From NCBI GenBank assembly GCA_031413075.1, contig JANOEF010000568.1, forward strand, positions 1-45,452: a stretch of 45,452 bases of DNA, read 5' to 3'. The stretch comes from Acidobacteriota bacterium (GTDB lineage: Bacteria; Acidobacteriota; Blastocatellia; Pyrinomonadales; Pyrinomonadaceae). Positions within the stretch are counted from its first letter, which is position 1. The number at the start of each line of letters is the position of its first letter. Of this stretch, positions 42,242 through 45,452 are shown piece after piece. Made by a program: the position numbers and the translations under genes. Below the pieces are notes generated by a model. That model did no database searches and had not been told where the DNA came from. It saw only the letters and a program-made list of their open reading frames with translations.

Positions 42242-42502
42242 ATTTCCCGTCGCGGGACGGGGAATAGAAACGGTTTTCCGCAGCGATGCCAGATGAATTT
42301 TCCCAATCCCTGCCGACCGGGCGGTTACCTCGGTCTTGCTGCGTTCCGGTGATTGGTTTGCTTTCGCGGGCGTGGGAAAGAATCTCTCGGACTATGGGTT
42401 CACGAAGCGCAGAGCGAGCCAGGAGAGACTACCGACGGAGGGGCTCAAATCCACAGTGTCCTTCCCTCGCCGTTTCAAATCGCGTTCTCATAGGTAAACC
42501 CG

Positions 42503-42533
42503 ACACGGAGAAACGCACACACGGAGAAACGCA
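42503..42533. repeat. Two direct copies of ACACGGAGAAACGCA just upstream of the second integrase gene
   Basis: Read directly at 42503-42517 and 42519-42533, followed by TTGACA. Confidence 0.8.
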
Positions 42534-42559
42534 TTTGACACCGACGCACGTTATCCCAT

Positions 42560-43590
42560 ATGGCATCGATTCAAAAGGCACCGGGCAAGCCGTTTTACTT
42601 TTGCGCTTTCGCGAGCTGGGACACGGAGGCAGGTCAGTCTCGGCGGCATTTTAAGAGCACCGGCACCGCAAACAGGCGTGAGGCTCTGGAGATCTGCCGG
42701 ACATGGGACAATGCAGCTAAAGCCGCACGCAATGGCAGGCTTACGCCGGACTCCGCTCGGGAGATCATCGCCCGTGGCGTGGCAGACGTGTTCACGGCTG
42801 CTAACAGGGAGCACCTGCCAAGCCGCTCGGTGCGCGACTGGTGCGCGGCATGGCTCGTTACGAAGCGCCTTGAGGCGGCGGAGAACACCATCACCCGTTA
42901 CGCGGGGATCATTGAACGATTCACGGCATTCCTTGGAAAGAAGGCGGACCGCGACCTTGCCAGCGTCACCGCGGCGGATGTTGGCAGCTTTCGGGACGGG
43001 CTTGCAAACGACTTGAGCCGCAACTCAGCGAACCTCGCCGTCAAGACGCTCCGTGTCTGCCTCGGTTCCGCGCTCAAGCAAGGGCTCGTGAAAAGTAACG
43101 TGGCATCGAATGTGGGCTTGCTCAAGGCGCGGGGAGGCGTCCAGAGGCGCGGGTTCACGCTCAAGGAAATTGCGCGGGTGCTCAAGGCGGCGGAAGGCTC
43201 CGAATGGTATGGCATGACGCTCGCCGGCCTCTATTGCGGTGCGCGGCTGGGTGACTATAGCGCGGCTGACATGGCGCTCGGTGGACTTGAGCACCGGGAC
43301 GCTTTCATTCGTCGCCAAAAAGACCGGAAGCCGTGTGTCCATCCCGCTGGCAAAGGCGCTCGTGCATCTCGGACTCGCCGAGGGTTCGCAGGAGTGGAGC
43401 GCGCAATGATGCCCCCGGCGTTCCGCGAAACACGAACAAAGAGGAGCAAGGGACGGATGATTGGATCTGAGCATGCGCTTTTCAGCGGCCCTGCCGCATG
43501 CCCTCCTGCGAGCTTCGGGCAGTCCGGTCCCCACGTCACCCGATCACGCGGGATAACTCTACCCGGTTTGCGACAGGAGTCCCGCGTCAG
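42560..43590 (+). pseudogene. Tyrosine recombinase (phage integrase family) with several frameshifts
   Basis: The N-terminal and SAM-like domains are intact (..TRYAGIIERFTAFLG..VTAADVGSFRD..), as is the start of the catalytic domain, LAGLYCGARLGD. A 1-nt shift near 43255 follows; the other frame reads IARLTWRSVDLSTGTLSFVAKKTGSRVSIPLAKAL.. and stops at 43407-43409. Later segments (..ITRDNSTRF..) are in a third frame. Confidence 0.7.
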
Positions 43591-43616
43591 GCATCTGCAA
43601 TTTCCATTCCGGCCAC

Positions 43617-43931
43617 TCGGATTTTCGTTTCCCAAGTTCGGATTTTCATTTTCCTAGTTCCGATTTTGATTTCCCTGACTCGGAAAATGATTTCCGCGAC
43701 TCGGATTTCTATTTTCCCAACTCGGAAAATGATTTCCCTAACTCCGATTTCTGTTTTCCGAACTCGGAAAATGATTTCCCTAACTCCGATTTCTGTTTCC
43801 CCAACTCGGATTTTCATTTCCGCAGTTGCGGATTCCGTTTTGGCAATTGGGATTTCTGTTCCGGTAATTCGGATTCCGGTTTTCCCAACTGCGATTTGCG
43901 TTTTCCCGGTCAGGAATCGGCCTTTCCCCAT
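43617..43931. repeat. 15 x 21-bp tandem array (consensus roughly TCGGATTTYNNTTTYCCCNAC) with a 42-bp higher-order unit
   Basis: Parsed unit by unit in strict 21-bp register. Units 6+7 and 8+9 are near-identical 42-mers. The A-type units contain GGAAA-N4-TTTCC. Confidence 0.9.
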
Positions 43932-44133
43932 TTCGGAAGCCGGGCCTACGGGGCCGGAAAGTGGACGAGGTATGCGCCTTTTCACCCTCCGCACCAATCA
44001 TTTACGTGGACGCATTCACAACTCCCCGCCGGGGAGCAGGGTCCCGCGCCCATCGCAGACCTGAGCGTTGCCTTTGCTTCACGCAGTAACTGTGGAATTG
44101 CACCGACGGGAAAGTTCCGCCACGTTCGCGGCC

Positions 44134-45234
44134 ATGAAGCCCCTCTGCTGCTTCCTCCTGCTGCTTGCCACCGCAATCGCCGAGCCGCGCACCGTCGTCA
44201 TCGCCGGCAAGGCTTATTCCCGTGCCACCGTCCAGCGCCTCGACGCCTACACTGCGCGCATCGCCCACGCCGATGGTTCCGCCACGATTGCCGCATGGGA
44301 GTTCAGCGAGAGCGACCAAAAGCAATTCGGCTTCGACCCCATCGAGGTAAAGGCCGAGCACACCCGGCGTGGGAAGGAGGCCGACGACGTTACGCAGGCG
44401 CAACTGCGTCGCGAGCGGGCGCGCCTCGCCGCGGAACGTCAGCGCCAGGCCGACGAGCAACAGCGCGCGGACTCCTTACAAAAGCAAAAAGGCGCAGACG
44501 AAGAGCGCCGAATCGCCGAGGAAAAACAGCGCAAGATCGCGGAGATTAAGGAAGGCATCGCACGATACGACAAGGCCATTCCCCGCGCGACCGACGCGCC
44601 GGGGCCACCTTCCTATGTCCCGCCCCCGATTATCATTCCCGGAAGTATTCAGGACGTTCTGATACCGCCGGACCGCCGACCGCAGGGCTACTGGGTCGAG
44701 AACAAAGGAGGATTCAAGTCCGAGCTGATTGCCAATCGGGCCAAACTCGTGCAAGAACTCGAAGCGTTGGAGCCGGGTCCAGTTGCCACAGTGGCGCAAC
44801 CGGCGCCTGTCAAGCCGAAGGCGGCAAACGCCCTGCCACGTTCGCCGACATCGATCATGGCTGGTGTCGAGGAGGAAGTCCGCGCCAAATACGGCGCGCC
44901 TGTCGCGGAGGAAATGCGCGCGCCGAACGTCAAAGCTCTTACCTTCGAAACGAACGGCATCCGCATCGTCGCAATCCTCTACAAAGAACGGGTGATGATG
45001 CTTAGTTACACCCGAAAGAGCAGGACCAAGTTCGACCGGCTTGAAGCCGAAGCCCTCCTCGCCAACCACGGCGGGCCGTGGAAGCATTTCATCGACCCCA
45101 AATGGAACCTCGATTCGTGGAGATTCGGTCGACTCGGAGCATTGCTGGGCCTTGATGGTGGAGTGATCATCATCGACTCTCCCCTCGCGGCGGAGCATTC
45201 CCGCGAAGGTGCTGACTCACTCAAAGGTCTCTAG
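44134..45234 (+). CDS. Secreted hypothetical protein with a central charged coiled-coil region
   Basis: ATG 44134 gives the signal peptide MKPLCCFLLLLATAIA. It is followed by RRERARLAAERQRQADEQQRADSLQKQK..., a Pro-rich linker and a C-terminal domain. Codon usage is GC-rich, consistent with the + strand. Confidence 0.6.
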   Translation: MKPLCCFLLLLATAIAEPRTVVIAGKAYSRATVQRLDAYTARIAHADGSATIAAWEFSESDQKQFGFDPIEVKAEHTRRGKEADDVTQAQLRRERARLAAERQRQADEQQRADSLQKQKGADEERRIAEEKQRKIAEIKEGIARYDKAIPRATDAPGPPSYVPPPIIIPGSIQDVLIPPDRRPQGYWVENKGGFKSELIANRAKLVQELEALEPGPVATVAQPAPVKPKAANALPRSPTSIMAGVEEEVRAKYGAPVAEEMRAPNVKALTFETNGIRIVAILYKERVMMLSYTRKSRTKFDRLEAEALLANHGGPWKHFIDPKWNLDSWRFGRLGALLGLDGGVIIIDSPLAAEHSREGADSLKGL

Positions 45235-45452
45235 CAGCCTTGAGGAGGACGAGGGAAAGAATGACTATTGCATACTGCATCGCCCTTCGGTTTTCCATAA
45301 CGCCGTGCTGCAACTCAGCGGTCTCATTGATACCGACTTCCCGTCCGTCGCCCGGTCCTTTTTTCGAAGGTGTCCGGTGGTTCGCTCCTCCAATCGCCGG
45401 CCTCAATCACCCGCTAATTTTCATCCGCCTCGCATGTTGCACTAGAACCTAG

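Noticed and set aside
42286-42654. 122-aa ORF between the tRNA and the second integrase, and a tRNA-like GGGGCTCAAATCC segment near 42445
   Set aside because: The ORF has Arg/Ser-rich GC-skew composition and overlaps the integrase start in another frame. The TPsiC-like string has no complementary stem, acceptor arm or anticodon arm.
43498-44064. Long ORFs on both strands across the 21-bp array (188 aa plus strand; 136 aa minus strand at 43587-43997) as repeat proteins
   Set aside because: Their openness follows from the 21-bp (3n) period. Both strands are open, the compositions are odd (ISLTPISVF.. / EIGVREIIFRV..), and there is no start context. I judge the region non-coding, though a repeat-protein origin is listed as the refutation test.
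44002-45224. Several 60-240-aa ORFs antisense or out of frame to the 44134-45234 gene
   Set aside because: These are typical GC-rich shadow ORFs. Only the plus-strand frame has a signal peptide, sensible domain organisation and codon bias.

Overview
The 45.4-kb window has two compositionally unrelated parts; GC content was judged by eye, not computed.

Part A (1 to ~40,350) is AT-rich, densely coding bacterial chromosome with no rRNA, tRNA or CRISPR. Its gene content looks Acidobacteriota-like: a CarboxypepD_reg-type TonB receptor, three Hanks-type Ser/Thr kinases and three Uma2 nucleases. The taxon is inference only. Recognisable genes:
- trpF
- btaA-btaB (betaine-lipid DGTS synthesis)
- an orphan FtsX-type permease
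- a TonB-dependent receptor
- a PHP-phosphoesterase / GT4 / membrane protein / GT4 operon
- a kinase translationally coupled to a VWA protein
- xseA and xseB, separated by a membrane-protein gene
- smc
- an ATL (MGMT-family) gene
- an HI0933-type flavoprotein
- a DinB-family protein
- two tandem paralogous kinases
- a D-aminoacylase
- a Uma2 / VapBC / Uma2 / beta-class DNA methyltransferase cluster

Most notable in Part A:
1. smc carries a 178-aa mini-intein inside its Walker A P-loop, with a CxxC spanning the splice junction. It also has a +1 frameshift in the LSGG signature motif and an in-frame heptamer microsatellite.
2. A ~2.6-kb recombinase-less islet holds a candidate modification-dependent nuclease and a nucleotidyltransferase-fold pair. 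It is bounded by nested, diverged duplicates of the 3' ends of the ATL gene and of a glcD-like gene.
3. A family of AT-rich 7/8-bp tandem microsatellites sits in leaders, on a start codon and in frame inside CDSs.

Part B (~40,350-45,452) is GC-rich. The junction cuts genes on both sides, so it is either a chimeric join or a drastic foreign insertion. It is a patchwork of decayed elements:
- a DinG-like helicase tail
- a frameshifted tyrosine integrase split by an apparent inversion
- a 5'-truncated, frameshifted IS3 transposase
- tRNA-Val(CAC)
- a second frameshifted integrase
- a 15 x 21-bp iteron/centromere-like array
- one secreted hypothetical protein
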